From assembly GCA_964239055.1 (NCBI GenBank), contig CAXSON010000009.1, positions 1 to 64,000 on the forward strand: 64,000 nt of DNA. The letters run 5' to 3'. A program made the translations under genes and the position numbers. Of the stretch, positions 50,649 to 61,284 are shown piece by piece (the first letter of the stretch is position 1; each line of letters opens with the position of its first letter). The notes under the pieces were generated by a model. The model saw only the letters and a list, made by a program, of their open reading frames with translations, made no database searches and was not told the origin of the DNA. Source of the DNA: Fusobacterium perfoetens ATCC 29250 (lineage in GTDB: Bacteria > Fusobacteriota > Fusobacteriia > Fusobacteriales > Fusobacteriaceae).

Positions 50649-50973
50649 AATTGGTCTCCTTTATGTTTTTTATTCTGCCTGTAAAGATAAAATAAAAATT
50701 ATAAAAATATAAATTTTATAATAGTTTACTATGCCTCATTATACCACTTTTATTTTTAATTAATCAAATCATGGTGTAATTTTATTATTGATTTTATCAT
50801 TCTCTATCTATTTTAAGACTTTTAATTTTTATATGAACAAAAGAATATATTTTACCTTTTCTTTATGGTATAATTTTATATATATTTAAATACGGATTAT
50901 TATAAATTTGTCACTAACAGACAGGTCAATGTACAATTTTATATATGAGCAAAATTAAAATTGGAGGAATAAT

Positions 50974-51468
50974 ATGGAAAAGAAAATTATTTTTCTTGGA
51001 GACAGCATAACAGCTTGGAATTCAGAATTAAAAAATATTGAAAATAGTGAAAATTTTGGAGTTCCTGGATTTATTTCAAGAGATATTGTGTGGCAGCTGC
51101 AGGGAGATGATGAAGAAACAATTTCTGGTCATACAGCCTGTCTCATGGTTGGAGTAAATGATATTATGATGGGAATTTCCATTGAAAAAACTCTTTCAAA
51201 TATAAAAGAAATAATTGAAATGCTGAAAAAAAGATTTGAAAAAATTATTTTTATTTCTATTCTTCCTATTGATAATGTTAATATGAATAAAAATATACAA
51301 AAACTTAATGAAAATATAAAAAACATTGACGAAATTAAATTTTTAGATGTTCACAATTATTTTTTGAATGAACACGAAATAATGGATTATAAATTTACAA
51401 CTGACGGAGCTCATTTGAGCAATTACGGTTATGAAATTTTAAATAAAGAAATTTTTAAAATAATTTAA
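50974..51468 (+). CDS. SGNH/GDSL-family hydrolase
   Basis: N-terminal IIFLGDSIT block and DGxH catalytic motif (TDGAHLS). Confidence 0.75.
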   Translation: MEKKIIFLGDSITAWNSELKNIENSENFGVPGFISRDIVWQLQGDDEETISGHTACLMVGVNDIMMGISIEKTLSNIKEIIEMLKKRFEKIIFISILPIDNVNMNKNIQKLNENIKNIDEIKFLDVHNYFLNEHEIMDYKFTTDGAHLSNYGYEILNKEIFKII

Positions 51469-51483
51469 GGGGTTTTAATAAAA

Positions 51484-52311
51484 ATGATAATTTGTCCAAT
51501 CTGCAAAGAAAAATTAATAAAAGAAAATAGAAGTTATAAATGTAAAAACAACCACACTTTTGATATTTCAAAATGGGGGCATATAAATCTTCTTCTTGAT
51601 AATCAAAAACATAGTAAAACACCAGGAGACGATAAAGATATGGTGCTTTCAAGAAAATATTTTCTTGAAAAAGATTATTACAAAGGTATTTCAGATAAAT
51701 TAAACGAAACAGTTTTAAAAAATATTAAAAATACAGATAAAAAAATAAATATTCTTGATATCGGGTGCGGTGAGGGATATTACACAGGAAATCTTAAAAA
51801 TTTTCTTAATGAAAAAAATATTCCAAATGAAATAATTGGGATTGATATTTCAAAAGAGGCTGTAATCTCTGGTGCAAAATCTCACAAAGGAATAAATTGG
51901 ATTGTTGCCAGTGCTACAAATATTCCTGTTGCTGACAACTCTCTTGATTTTATAATATGTATGTTTGCAAAAATAATTCCTGAAGAAAAAATGAGAACAC
52001 TAAAGAAAGGCGGAAAACTTATAATTGTTTCTACAGGAGAAAATCATCTTCTTCAAATGAAAGAAGTTGTTTATGAAAATGTAAGAAAAGATTTTTATTC
52101 TCCAATAGAAGATTTAAAAATTTTTAAATATATTGAAACAATAAACTGCACATACAAAACTTTTATAAAAGAAAACGAGAGCATAAAAAATCTTTTCAAT
52201 ATGACACCTTACAGATGGAGAAGCCCGAGAGAGGGAATTGAAAAACTTTTTTCTCTTTCTGAACTTGAAACACTTATCGATGTAAACTTTGATATTTTTG
52301 AAAAAAATTAA
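51484..52311 (+). CDS. rlmA: 23S rRNA (guanine-N1)-methyltransferase RlmA-like
   Basis: N-terminal zinc ribbon (CPICKEKL...YKCKNNH); class I SAM MTase motif (ILDIGCGEGYY). Confidence 0.75.
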   Translation: MIICPICKEKLIKENRSYKCKNNHTFDISKWGHINLLLDNQKHSKTPGDDKDMVLSRKYFLEKDYYKGISDKLNETVLKNIKNTDKKINILDIGCGEGYYTGNLKNFLNEKNIPNEIIGIDISKEAVISGAKSHKGINWIVASATNIPVADNSLDFIICMFAKIIPEEKMRTLKKGGKLIIVSTGENHLLQMKEVVYENVRKDFYSPIEDLKIFKYIETINCTYKTFIKENESIKNLFNMTPYRWRSPREGIEKLFSLSELETLIDVNFDIFEKN

Positions 52312-52333
52312 TTATGTCAATCTGATTTTTTCT

Positions 52334-52545
52334 TTGACAGAATGCAAAAAATATAATATAATCAAAAGGTTGAAAAATAAAAAAGAGGTTAGTCTGTTAT
52401 TACAAAAGGAGCCTAAGGCTGATGGCTATGATACTTGTAAAAAAACGGATTAAATATTACGAAGCTGCCATAGTAATATGCTTATTTGATGAGTTCTCAG
52501 GGCATACTTTCACGTATGCCTTTTTTATTTGGCAATGATAATAAT
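52334..52545 (+). promoter_or_regulatory. Promoter plus about 190-nt structured leader with embedded 38-codon uORF and intrinsic terminator, upstream of the YjiH-family transporter
   Basis: TTGACA-17-TATAAT (52334-52362); uORF 52422-52538 (RBS AAGGAG) reads through terminator hairpin ggcatac..gtatgcc (52501-52520) plus T-run; alternative pairing gtaatatgc / gcatac. Confidence 0.5.
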
Positions 52546-52562
52546 TTATTTGGAGGTTTAAA

Positions 52563-53885
52563 ATGGCTATCATTAAATTTTTGTTTTATTCTATTCTTGG
52601 AATAATAGCATTTTTAGCACCTGTTACCATTGGAGGAGAATCATCAATTCTTATGGGGCATATTAAATCAATTGTTATTGACGGGTATTCTGAAAGTATA
52701 AAGTATCTTATTGTTTTTGTTTCTTTAATAACTATAACAGGAACAGTTATAGGAAAAATTAAAAAACAATTTAAAAATCCTGTTCTTCAAGAACTTTTTA
52801 TCTGCGGGCCGATTAATGGTGCTGTAAGAATCGGAGGAAGTATATTTTTCCTTATGGTTCATTTCGGTGTAGGGCCAAAAGCTGTTCTTGATCCAAATAC
52901 AGGAGGAATGATGGCAGGAGATTTACTGCCGTCTCTTATGGTAACTTTCTGTGTGGGAGTTATTCTTATGCCGCTTCTTACATCTTTTGGATTGGTTGAA
53001 TTTGTAGGAGTTCTTATTGCTCCATTTATGAGAAAAGTTTTTAAAGTTCCTGGTTATGCTGCTGTTGATGCTATCGCTTCTTTCTTAGGAGACGGAACAA
53101 TAGGAATTGTTGTTACAGACCAGCAGTATCAAAAAGGATACTATACCCAAAGAGAAGCTGTTATCATTGCAACTTCATTTTCTATTGTTGGTATATCTTT
53201 TGCTGCTGTTGTTGCTGATTTTTTAAAATTTTCTTCAATATTTATTATTTTTTACAGCACAATAGCAATTTCTACTGTTGTTGCAGGAGTTATCATTGCA
53301 AGACTTCCTCTTAAAAAATTTAAAAATGAATATTATGTTCCAGGAAAAGTTGAAGAAAAAGATATAATTTCTTTTTCACTGGCTCTTAGAAAAGCTGCTG
53401 CTGTTGCTGAAAAAGCAAAAGAACTTGAAATTATGATTGATTCTGTAAAAAAAGTTGCAGTTTTATATATAACTTTTATTCCTGTAATTATGTTTATGGG
53501 AACTGCAGGTCTTATTGTTGCTGAATATACAAATATTTTCAGTATAATTTCAATGCCTTTAATTCCATTTTTACAGCTTCTTGGATTTTCAAAAGAAGTT
53601 GCAGAAAGTATGGCACCTTCAATGATAGTTGGTTTTTCAGATATGTATCTGCCATCTCTTCTTATTGAAAGTGTAAAAAGCGACATGGCAAGATTTGTTA
53701 TAGGAACTCTTTCATTTGCACAGCTTATATTTTTAAGTGAAACAGGAATGATTTTAGTTGCTTCAAAAATTGGATTTACTTTCTGGGACGCACTTAAGTT
53801 TTTTGTCTTAAGAACTATCATCACTTTCCCTGTTATTTATGGAATTGCAAGAATTCTTTTATCAATGGGAATACTTCAAAATTAA
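52563..53885 (+). CDS. YjiH-family membrane protein (nucleoside-recognition/Gate domain transporter)
   Basis: 440 aa multi-TM; GGAGG RBS. Confidence 0.55.
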   Translation: MAIIKFLFYSILGIIAFLAPVTIGGESSILMGHIKSIVIDGYSESIKYLIVFVSLITITGTVIGKIKKQFKNPVLQELFICGPINGAVRIGGSIFFLMVHFGVGPKAVLDPNTGGMMAGDLLPSLMVTFCVGVILMPLLTSFGLVEFVGVLIAPFMRKVFKVPGYAAVDAIASFLGDGTIGIVVTDQQYQKGYYTQREAVIIATSFSIVGISFAAVVADFLKFSSIFIIFYSTIAISTVVAGVIIARLPLKKFKNEYYVPGKVEEKDIISFSLALRKAAAVAEKAKELEIMIDSVKKVAVLYITFIPVIMFMGTAGLIVAEYTNIFSIISMPLIPFLQLLGFSKEVAESMAPSMIVGFSDMYLPSLLIESVKSDMARFVIGTLSFAQLIFLSETGMILVASKIGFTFWDALKFFVLRTIITFPVIYGIARILLSMGILQN

Positions 53886-54101
53886 AAATTTTTAAACTTT
53901 TTTTCACGGGAAAGAGTCTTAAAATTAAAGTAATAAAAATCTCCCCCAATGAATTATAAAATAAAAACAGAGTTGTCTTATACAGATCAATTCTGTTTTT
54001 ATTTTTAAATTTTTTTAATTTTCTGGATTTTTTTATTTATTTGATATAAAATACATTGTAAATTTTTTAATATTTATTATTTTTTTAGGGGAGGGATTAA
54101 A

Positions 54102-55424
54102 ATTAAAGAAAAATCATTTTTAGCACTGGCATTTCCAATTTTCTTGGAACTTCTGCTTGTAAACGTAGTGGGTAACGTTGACACATATATGCTTGGAAAA
54201 TTTAGTGACGATGCTGTTGGAGCTGTTGGAGGAATAAGCCAGGTTCTTCTTATTCAAAACTCTGTTTTTGGTTTTATTTGTCTTGGAACAAGCATTCTTA
54301 CAGCACAATTTATCGGAGCGAAAAAAAGTCTTAAAATAAAAGAGGTAATTGCAACCTCTCTTCTTATGAATCTTATTTTCGGTCTTATAATTGGAGCAGG
54401 TTATGTTATTTTTTCTGAATCAATAATGAAAGGAATACATCTTCCTGAAAAACTTATGGACATTGGAAGAACTTATTTCAAACTTGTGGGAGGAATGTGT
54501 GTATTTCAAGCTCTTACTCTTACATGTGGAGCTGTAATGAAAAGTTTTGGAAATACAAAACAAAATCTTTTTATAAATGTTGGAATAAATATTTTAAATG
54601 TTATTGGAAACGGTATGTTTATTTTCGGCTGGTTCGGTGCTCCAATTTTAGGAGCTACAGGAGTTGGAATTTCAACTGTATTTTCAAGATTTATCGGATG
54701 TATTGTTGCAGTTCTTGTTATGAAACATTACTGCAAATTTAAATTTGATATAAGACTTTACAAACCTATCCGTTTTAAAATTATAAAAAATATTTTAGGG
54801 ATAGGAATTCCAACAGCAGGAGAAAATGTTGCTTGGAATATCGGTCAGCTTCTTGTTATGTCTATGGTAAATACAATGGGAATTGCAAGTATTACTGCAA
54901 GAACATATCTTATGCTTATCTCAACTCTTATTATGACTTTTTCAATTGCTGCAGGACATGGTTCTGCAATTCTTGTGGGACGTCATGTTGGAGCTCATGA
55001 ATATAAAGAAGCATACGATACAGCTGTGAGCAGTCTTAAAATTTCACTTATTCTTGTAGGATTTGTTGCTCTTATAATTACACTTTTCAGAGTTCCTGTA
55101 ATGAGATTTTTTACAGTCAATCCTGATGTTCTGGCTGTTTCTATGAAAATTTTCAGATGTATTCTTATTCTTGAAGTTGGAAGAACTTTTAATATTGTAA
55201 TTATAAACAGTCTTCATGCAGCAGGAGACATAAAATTCCCTATGATTGCAGGAGTTGGTTCTATATTTTGTGTAGCAGTTTTCCTTTCGTGGCTTCTTGG
55301 AATAAAACTTGGCTACGGACTTCTTGGAGTATGGATTGCAAATGCTGCTGACGAATGGACAAGAGGACTTATTATGATGTGGAGATGGAAAAGCAGAAAA
55401 TGGCAGAATAAAGGTTTTGTATAA
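54102..55424 (+). CDS. MATE-family efflux transporter (start uncertain; possible non-ATG start)
   Basis: MATE N-terminus (FLALAFPIFLELLLVNVVGNVDTYMLGK) continues in frame upstream of the ORF-track start; GGGGAGGG RBS at 54088-54095 with no in-frame ATG until far downstream; ATT at 54102 or TTG at 54144 are the candidate starts. Confidence 0.65.
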   Translation: MKEKSFLALAFPIFLELLLVNVVGNVDTYMLGKFSDDAVGAVGGISQVLLIQNSVFGFICLGTSILTAQFIGAKKSLKIKEVIATSLLMNLIFGLIIGAGYVIFSESIMKGIHLPEKLMDIGRTYFKLVGGMCVFQALTLTCGAVMKSFGNTKQNLFINVGINILNVIGNGMFIFGWFGAPILGATGVGISTVFSRFIGCIVAVLVMKHYCKFKFDIRLYKPIRFKIIKNILGIGIPTAGENVAWNIGQLLVMSMVNTMGIASITARTYLMLISTLIMTFSIAAGHGSAILVGRHVGAHEYKEAYDTAVSSLKISLILVGFVALIITLFRVPVMRFFTVNPDVLAVSMKIFRCILILEVGRTFNIVIINSLHAAGDIKFPMIAGVGSIFCVAVFLSWLLGIKLGYGLLGVWIANAADEWTRGLIMMWRWKSRKWQNKGFV

Positions 55425-55441
55425 AATATATTTTTTCAGAG

Positions 55442-55918
55442 GTGAAAATTATGAAAGTCAAAAAATATCTTTTTAAATTTTTAACACTTATTTTTATTTT
55501 TTCTTTTTCATTAACTTCATTTTCTTCTGTTATTAAAGAAAAAAATGAAATAATTAAAATGGTTAATTCAGTAAGAGCCGAAAATAATCTTTCTCCTCTT
55601 ATAAGCGACAAAAGATTAAATGTTCTGGCTGATAAGAAAGCTAAAATTATGGCAGATGAAAATAATCTGAGCCACACTGCAGGGGGATATAAATCTTTTT
55701 CTGATATTATAAAAGAAGGAGGAATTGAATATCTTGCTGTGGGAGAAAATATTGCAAGAAATTGGAAAACTCCTGAAGAAGTTATGAAAGCATGGCTTTC
55801 TTCAAAAGGACACAGAGCAAATATTTTAAGTAAAAAATTTACAAATATTGGAGTTGGAAAAGCAATAAGTAAAAACGGAGATATTTACTGGGTCCAGCTT
55901 TTTATAAAAGAAAAATAA
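55442..55918 (+). CDS. CAP/SCP-domain secreted protein (YkwD-like)
   Basis: Signal peptide; GHRANIL and HTAGGY CAP motifs. Confidence 0.7.
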   Translation: MKIMKVKKYLFKFLTLIFIFSFSLTSFSSVIKEKNEIIKMVNSVRAENNLSPLISDKRLNVLADKKAKIMADENNLSHTAGGYKSFSDIIKEGGIEYLAVGENIARNWKTPEEVMKAWLSSKGHRANILSKKFTNIGVGKAISKNGDIYWVQLFIKEK

Positions 55919-55944
55919 TTATCAAAAATAAAATAAATTCATAG

Positions 55945-55975
55945 AAAAAAGCGGCTAACAATCAAGCCGCTTTTA
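55945..55975. terminator. Bidirectional intrinsic terminator
   Basis: gcggctaacaatcaagccgc hairpin flanked by an A-run and a T-run. Confidence 0.7.
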
Positions 55976-55982
55976 TTTCAAA

Positions 55983-58919
55983 TTATTTTATTTTTACAAG
56001 TTCAAACTCAACAGGCATTGCATATTTTGTTGTTACTTTTACAACAGTTTCATTTCCGTTTACTTGAACAGAAACATTTTCTGCCGGTGATTTTAAAGCA
56101 TATTTTCCTTTTAAGACTAAAACTGATGTGTGAGGAATAGAATCATTTCCATTCCATTTTCTTGAATAAATGTTTACAGGAATCATTTTTCCATGTTTTC
56201 CATATTGTGTAATATCTATTCCTTCATAAAGTCTTAAATCAGGATCAACAAAACTTAATTTTAATTTATTTTCACTTGGTGCAGTAAGAACCATTGATGG
56301 AGTATCCACAGATTTTATATATTTGTCATCTTTAAGTTCTCCGCTTTCAAAAAGAGCATATCCTCTCATTCCAGAAATTTTATCTTCAACTATATGAGCA
56401 TTATAATCTTTTTGAAGGACTTTATATCCTGCATCTTTTTTAAAGTTTTCCTGTTCTTTTGCTGTTGCTTTTATAAGAACAGCATATTCATATCCTTTAT
56501 CTTTAGGATTTGTTCCGTGATTTATATAAGCAAGTTCATAATTATTTTGTGTAGGCTTGCAAGTTTTATGATTATGAGATTTTTGTAATCCTTTTCTATA
56601 AACTGCTTCACCTTTTACTATTTTATATAAATTTTTCTGACTGTCTAAAATAAAGCTGTTTCCTCCAAAATGTTTTTCACTTGAAGTTATTTTATTTTTT
56701 CCAAGAGCATTTTGGAATAAAGTTGTATGTGTTTCATGTTCTTTATCATTATTTTCTATATTGCTTCCTAAAAGAACAGCTCTGTTGTCAAAGAAGAATA
56801 CAGATTTTCTTGCTCTATGACTTCCATTATATTTTTCATTTTCATGAAGCTTCATTGCAAACATACCATTATTATTTAAAGAGTTTCCTCCTGAATATGT
56901 TTCATCAGAAATAAGCATTTCTTCAACACCGCTCTGAGTATCTATTTGAGAAATAGCTGATATTAATTTTTCATCAGGAAGAGCAATAGCAGTTGTTCCT
57001 GGATAATGAGCCCAGCTCCATCCTTCTGATTCAAATCCACTCTCTTTAAGAGATTTTTCTAATATTTGGAATGTTCCGTAACTCATATATCTTCCATATA
57101 AGTTATTTTTAATATATGTCTCGTTTCCAACAAGGTATCTGCTGAATCCTTTTACTCCTGCAAGCCATTCATTTCTTCTTTGAAGCTGAAGTGATCCCAT
57201 ATTCATTGTCCAAGAACCATTTGGAGCTTCTTCTGGTTTAAATCCAAGTTTTTTAAATTCTTCAGCATATTTTCCTGTTGGTGTAAGTCTTAAATATGCT
57301 TCAGCAAGATCTTTATCAACTCCTGTTTCTTTTCCAAAAGCTGCATATCTGAATACTTCATCTGAAATTTTAAAAGTATTTTCAGGATGTCTTCCGCTAA
57401 GAGTTAAAAGCCAGTTATTTTTATTTGAATATACTCTTGTCATAAGTATAGCTTTTTTTACAATATTATATGCATTTTCATCTAAAGCAAATGGTGTATT
57501 TCCTAAATAATATATAATCGGAGTAAGCCCTTGGTATGCTCCTTTTGCATAAGCAGGATAGTTCTGCATATGGTGGAACATACTTCCGTCCTCTTTAAAT
57601 CCTCCAAGAAGTCCTGGAGCATAATTAATAGAATTTTTTAAATATCTGTTAAGCTGTTTTAATTCTTGTGCTGCTGTTCCATCTTTTTCTAATAACATTG
57701 CTGTTACCATTCCTGGAAGCATTGTATTTAAAATATCCGCATTTACACCTTTTATTTCTTCTTCTGGAGTATAGATTATTCCAAGAGCACTGTACCATTT
57801 TACCATCTCTCTTGTCTTATCATTTATTTCAGAATTTATAATCGGCTCTCTCATAAGCAGTACTGCTTCATAAACTTCTCTCATCTGGTATCCCAAATGG
57901 TGAATTGTTCCCTGACCGCTTCCTTTTGTCCATCCTTGATCAAAGAAATATTTCATTCCTTCTTGGAAAATATCAAAAATTTCCTGTTTTTCTTGAGGAT
58001 TTTCTGTTGAGTTATACATATATGCAAGATCTCTCAGCCATCTTCCATACTCTAACACATGCACATCATTTATTCTTGATTTTTCCTTATCTGTAAAATC
58101 TCTGTAAATAACTATTGTCTGAGGTGTTGCTATTGACTTTGTTTTATATTCAGCTAATTTATCTTTATTTTCTTTTATTATTTTTGGAGTAACTTTAACT
58201 GTCTTTAAAGAATCTTCTCTAAATCTTTTTTCAATACTTAAAATTCCTGCTTTTTCTGCTTTAGATGCACTTTTTCTGCTGCTGTTTTCTTCTAAAATAT
58301 TATAGTTTTTATAAAGAGCCATCCAGTGAGCATTAACTGCTGTATCAGCATCTATATTTACAAAATTAACCTGATCATCTCTTGTATTATGTCTTGGATC
58401 TACAAGAACACTTGTTAATACTTGATCAATTAAAACTTCCCCGTCTTTATTTGGAGCATGAAGAACTATTTCATTCATTCCTTCAACTGGAGTTCCTGTC
58501 ATATCTCTGTCATACTGAACCCACATTGTTCTCCATCCTTCAAAATTCATATTAAGTTTGAAAGAACATTTAACTTGTCCATCTTTTTTAAATTCTATAA
58601 GCATTTCATCTTTTATTGGCTTTTTGTTATAAATCCACATTGCATAGCTTGATCTTGCTTTTTCCTGTGCTCCTCTTTGGAAAACTTTATAACCTGTATC
58701 GCCAGAAATTGTCAAAGTATCTTTTCCTTTGAAATTCCATTTTAAAGAATGCTTTCCGTCTTTATATTTTTCTTGTGTTATTGCAATTTGTGAACCTTTT
58801 CCTGCTTTTATGCTTTCAGGCATTCCCTCTTCAAACTGATATACAGCTCCATACATATTAACTGTATTCAAAAAAGAGGCAAGTAATAATAATCTTTTAA
58901 ATAGAGATTTCTTTTCCAT
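55983..58919 (-). CDS. Chondroitin sulfate ABC lyase (chondroitinase ABC, PL8 superfamily)
   Basis: Several blocks align to recalled Proteus vulgaris chondroitinase ABC I: LKWNFKG/WIYNKKPIKD..FEGWR, HHLGY..Y, AGRHP, YGRY..EGW.W, TTLFQ, PKDxxYEY; signal peptide; 978 aa. Confidence 0.8.
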   Translation of the reverse strand: MEKKSLFKRLLLLASFLNTVNMYGAVYQFEEGMPESIKAGKGSQIAITQEKYKDGKHSLKWNFKGKDTLTISGDTGYKVFQRGAQEKARSSYAMWIYNKKPIKDEMLIEFKKDGQVKCSFKLNMNFEGWRTMWVQYDRDMTGTPVEGMNEIVLHAPNKDGEVLIDQVLTSVLVDPRHNTRDDQVNFVNIDADTAVNAHWMALYKNYNILEENSSRKSASKAEKAGILSIEKRFREDSLKTVKVTPKIIKENKDKLAEYKTKSIATPQTIVIYRDFTDKEKSRINDVHVLEYGRWLRDLAYMYNSTENPQEKQEIFDIFQEGMKYFFDQGWTKGSGQGTIHHLGYQMREVYEAVLLMREPIINSEINDKTREMVKWYSALGIIYTPEEEIKGVNADILNTMLPGMVTAMLLEKDGTAAQELKQLNRYLKNSINYAPGLLGGFKEDGSMFHHMQNYPAYAKGAYQGLTPIIYYLGNTPFALDENAYNIVKKAILMTRVYSNKNNWLLTLSGRHPENTFKISDEVFRYAAFGKETGVDKDLAEAYLRLTPTGKYAEEFKKLGFKPEEAPNGSWTMNMGSLQLQRRNEWLAGVKGFSRYLVGNETYIKNNLYGRYMSYGTFQILEKSLKESGFESEGWSWAHYPGTTAIALPDEKLISAISQIDTQSGVEEMLISDETYSGGNSLNNNGMFAMKLHENEKYNGSHRARKSVFFFDNRAVLLGSNIENNDKEHETHTTLFQNALGKNKITSSEKHFGGNSFILDSQKNLYKIVKGEAVYRKGLQKSHNHKTCKPTQNNYELAYINHGTNPKDKGYEYAVLIKATAKEQENFKKDAGYKVLQKDYNAHIVEDKISGMRGYALFESGELKDDKYIKSVDTPSMVLTAPSENKLKLSFVDPDLRLYEGIDITQYGKHGKMIPVNIYSRKWNGNDSIPHTSVLVLKGKYALKSPAENVSVQVNGNETVVKVTTKYAMPVEFELVKIK

Positions 58920-59033
58920 TAATCTGCTCCTTTTTTATCTTTAATGTCTTTTTTAAGTATAGATTAAAAAGAAATAAAAGTAAATCATCTATTTTCTATC
59001 ATCATTTTTCCAATAAATTATATATATAAGCAA

Positions 59034-59072
59034 ATAAAAAAGAAAGAAACAAAAATTTTTCTGCTTCTTTCT
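59034..59072 (-). terminator. Intrinsic terminator after the AraC-type regulator
   Basis: agaaagaa...ttctttct hairpin with a T-run on the minus strand. Confidence 0.45.
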
Positions 59073-59094
59073 CTGATTTTTCTATTTTTAAAAA

Positions 59095-61284
59095 CTATTC
59101 CACTATTCCAAAATATTTTCCAGGAGAAATTCCCTCATATTTTCTGAATATTCTGATAAAAGTATTCGAACTGTTATATCCTACAAGTTCTGCAAGGTCT
59201 TTTATTCTCAATCCTTCATTTTCCTGCATAAGTTCTTTGGCTTTTTCTATTCTATAGATACTTAAGTAGTTTTTAAAATTATCTCCCATAACTTTTTTGA
59301 AAAGAACACTTGTATATTTGAAAGAATGTCCTAAATAATCTGCAAGGTTTTCCAATGAAATATCTATCATATAGTTTTCATCAAGATATCTTTCAATTTT
59401 TATTTTTACACTTTCAATATCATTTTCTTCTTCTATTTTTGTTAACTTACATATTTCTAATATTTTAGATTGAAATACTTCTTTCAATAATGACGCATCA
59501 TTTATTGCAAGAATTTCATTTATATTGTAATCTTTTACATTAATATTTTCATTTATTTCTTCCAGCTGAATAAATATTCTGTTTAAAGTATTATAAAGTA
59601 ATACTCCAAATTCTTTAATGTATTTTTTATCCATAGAGCTACTGTTTTTCTCATTAAACATTTCATCAATTATTCTTTTTACACTTATTTCATTTGAACT
59701 TAAAGTTCTTAAAATAAGTTTTGATTCAAGCTCTATTGGATAATAATATTTATTAAAGCTGTTTTCTTTTATTCTATCTTGGAAAATAACTCTTTCCTGT
59801 TTGAAAATATATTTATAATCTAATATTTTCTTAGCGGTTCTGTAAGCCTTCGGCATCTGCATTACATCATCATAGACATTAGTTGCCACAACTGTAAATT
59901 TAAGATTAAAATTTCTGTCTATATGACGTACCAGACATTTTAAAACCTCTTCTAAATCTTCTTTCGGCAGAAGTTCTTCAATTACAAAAGCAATGCTTTT
60001 ATAGTCTATATCTACAACTTCACACACAACTTCCTCTGCAAAATATTTTAAAATAAGTTCTTTTGACATATTAAATTTATCAAAAATATTTTCCACTGAT
60101 TCAAGGTCATAAATCTCCATTATCATAACCCTGTAGCTTTTAACTTTAAAAATATCCGACTCATCTTTTAAATGAGAAATGTCGCTATGCTCTGATATTC
60201 CAATTAAATAATCTTTAATTCTTTTCTTTCTCTGATAGCTTCTCAAAGATGAAAGCCTTGTCTGAAGAGTTTTATTCATTGTTTCTATTTCTTCAATTTT
60301 ATGTTCTATATACTCAAGCTCTTTTTCATCTTTATTTTTTATATATCCCATTCTTTCTGCAAGCTGTTTCATTGGTTTTACAACAAATGAAATAAGAATC
60401 ATCACTGCTGTATATAAAATTCCCAGAATAAAAAATACTTTTCCTCCTTCATATGCTATTATCTTTGGAATATTTGTCAAAGGCTGCATATAAATCAGAG
60501 AAAAATCAAAAGAAGAATCATGGAAAATATAAGCTTTTCTTCCTAAAATTCTTGTTTCAAATTCTTCATCATTTGAAATTTTATATTTATTTTCTCCTAA
60601 AATTTTAATTATCTGTTTTTTTATTTCACCTATTTTTTTATTATAGTTTCCTAAATTAATAAGTTTCCCTCTGCTGAAAGCATACCAGTTTTCTTTTTCG
60701 GGGATAAGTTCAGAGAAAAATGCTTCTTTATCAAGAGAAATTATATAAGTCATAATTTCATGGTTCAACGTCTCGTCATCACTGAAATATATATTAATAT
60801 TTCCATTGTGATAGTTCATAAGCTTCTTTCTGCTTTCAATATCCTCAGGGAAGTTCATTTCTTTATAGAAAATTTTTTTGTCAACAGTTCCACGAGGTGT
60901 TATCACTGAACTTGATTTATTATCTGTTACATTTAAATAATATCCCACTTTTCCATAAATTGTATTTCTTTTCTGCAGGTCTTTAAAAAGTCTCAATCTA
61001 TTATAAGCTGTTTCAAAGTTGTCTGAAAGACTCATAACATAATTTGAAAACTCATTACTGGATTTAAGATCGTACAAAGTCATATTTACCATTTCAGATT
61101 TTTTTCTTATATTTTCATAAAGTTTTCTTGTTTTTACTTTTGTATCCATATTTATTTTTTCAATTCTGTTATAAGAATTTACTGCAATAATTACAAAAGA
61201 AAAGAAAAGCACTGCCAAAAACATCATTTTTTTTGTTTTATTTTTTAATTTTTTTCTGATTGATTGGTTTATATCTTTTAACAT
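59095..61284 (-). CDS. Membrane-anchored one-component regulator with extracytoplasmic sensor region and C-terminal AraC-type HTH
   Basis: N-terminal TM (FLAVLFFSFVIIAV); second TM around residue 280; C-terminal AraC signature (…YLSIYRIEKAKELM…FIRIFRKYEGISPGKY). Confidence 0.75.
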   Translation of the reverse strand: MLKDINQSIRKKLKNKTKKMMFLAVLFFSFVIIAVNSYNRIEKINMDTKVKTRKLYENIRKKSEMVNMTLYDLKSSNEFSNYVMSLSDNFETAYNRLRLFKDLQKRNTIYGKVGYYLNVTDNKSSSVITPRGTVDKKIFYKEMNFPEDIESRKKLMNYHNGNINIYFSDDETLNHEIMTYIISLDKEAFFSELIPEKENWYAFSRGKLINLGNYNKKIGEIKKQIIKILGENKYKISNDEEFETRILGRKAYIFHDSSFDFSLIYMQPLTNIPKIIAYEGGKVFFILGILYTAVMILISFVVKPMKQLAERMGYIKNKDEKELEYIEHKIEEIETMNKTLQTRLSSLRSYQRKKRIKDYLIGISEHSDISHLKDESDIFKVKSYRVMIMEIYDLESVENIFDKFNMSKELILKYFAEEVVCEVVDIDYKSIAFVIEELLPKEDLEEVLKCLVRHIDRNFNLKFTVVATNVYDDVMQMPKAYRTAKKILDYKYIFKQERVIFQDRIKENSFNKYYYPIELESKLILRTLSSNEISVKRIIDEMFNEKNSSSMDKKYIKEFGVLLYNTLNRIFIQLEEINENINVKDYNINEILAINDASLLKEVFQSKILEICKLTKIEEENDIESVKIKIERYLDENYMIDISLENLADYLGHSFKYTSVLFKKVMGDNFKNYLSIYRIEKAKELMQENEGLRIKDLAELVGYNSSNTFIRIFRKYEGISPGKYFGIVE

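Noticed and set aside
50649-50973. TGTCACTAACAGACA near-palindrome in the tolC / SGNH-hydrolase divergent region as an efflux operator
   Set aside because: It is a single imperfect site with no adjacent regulator gene. Too weak to call.
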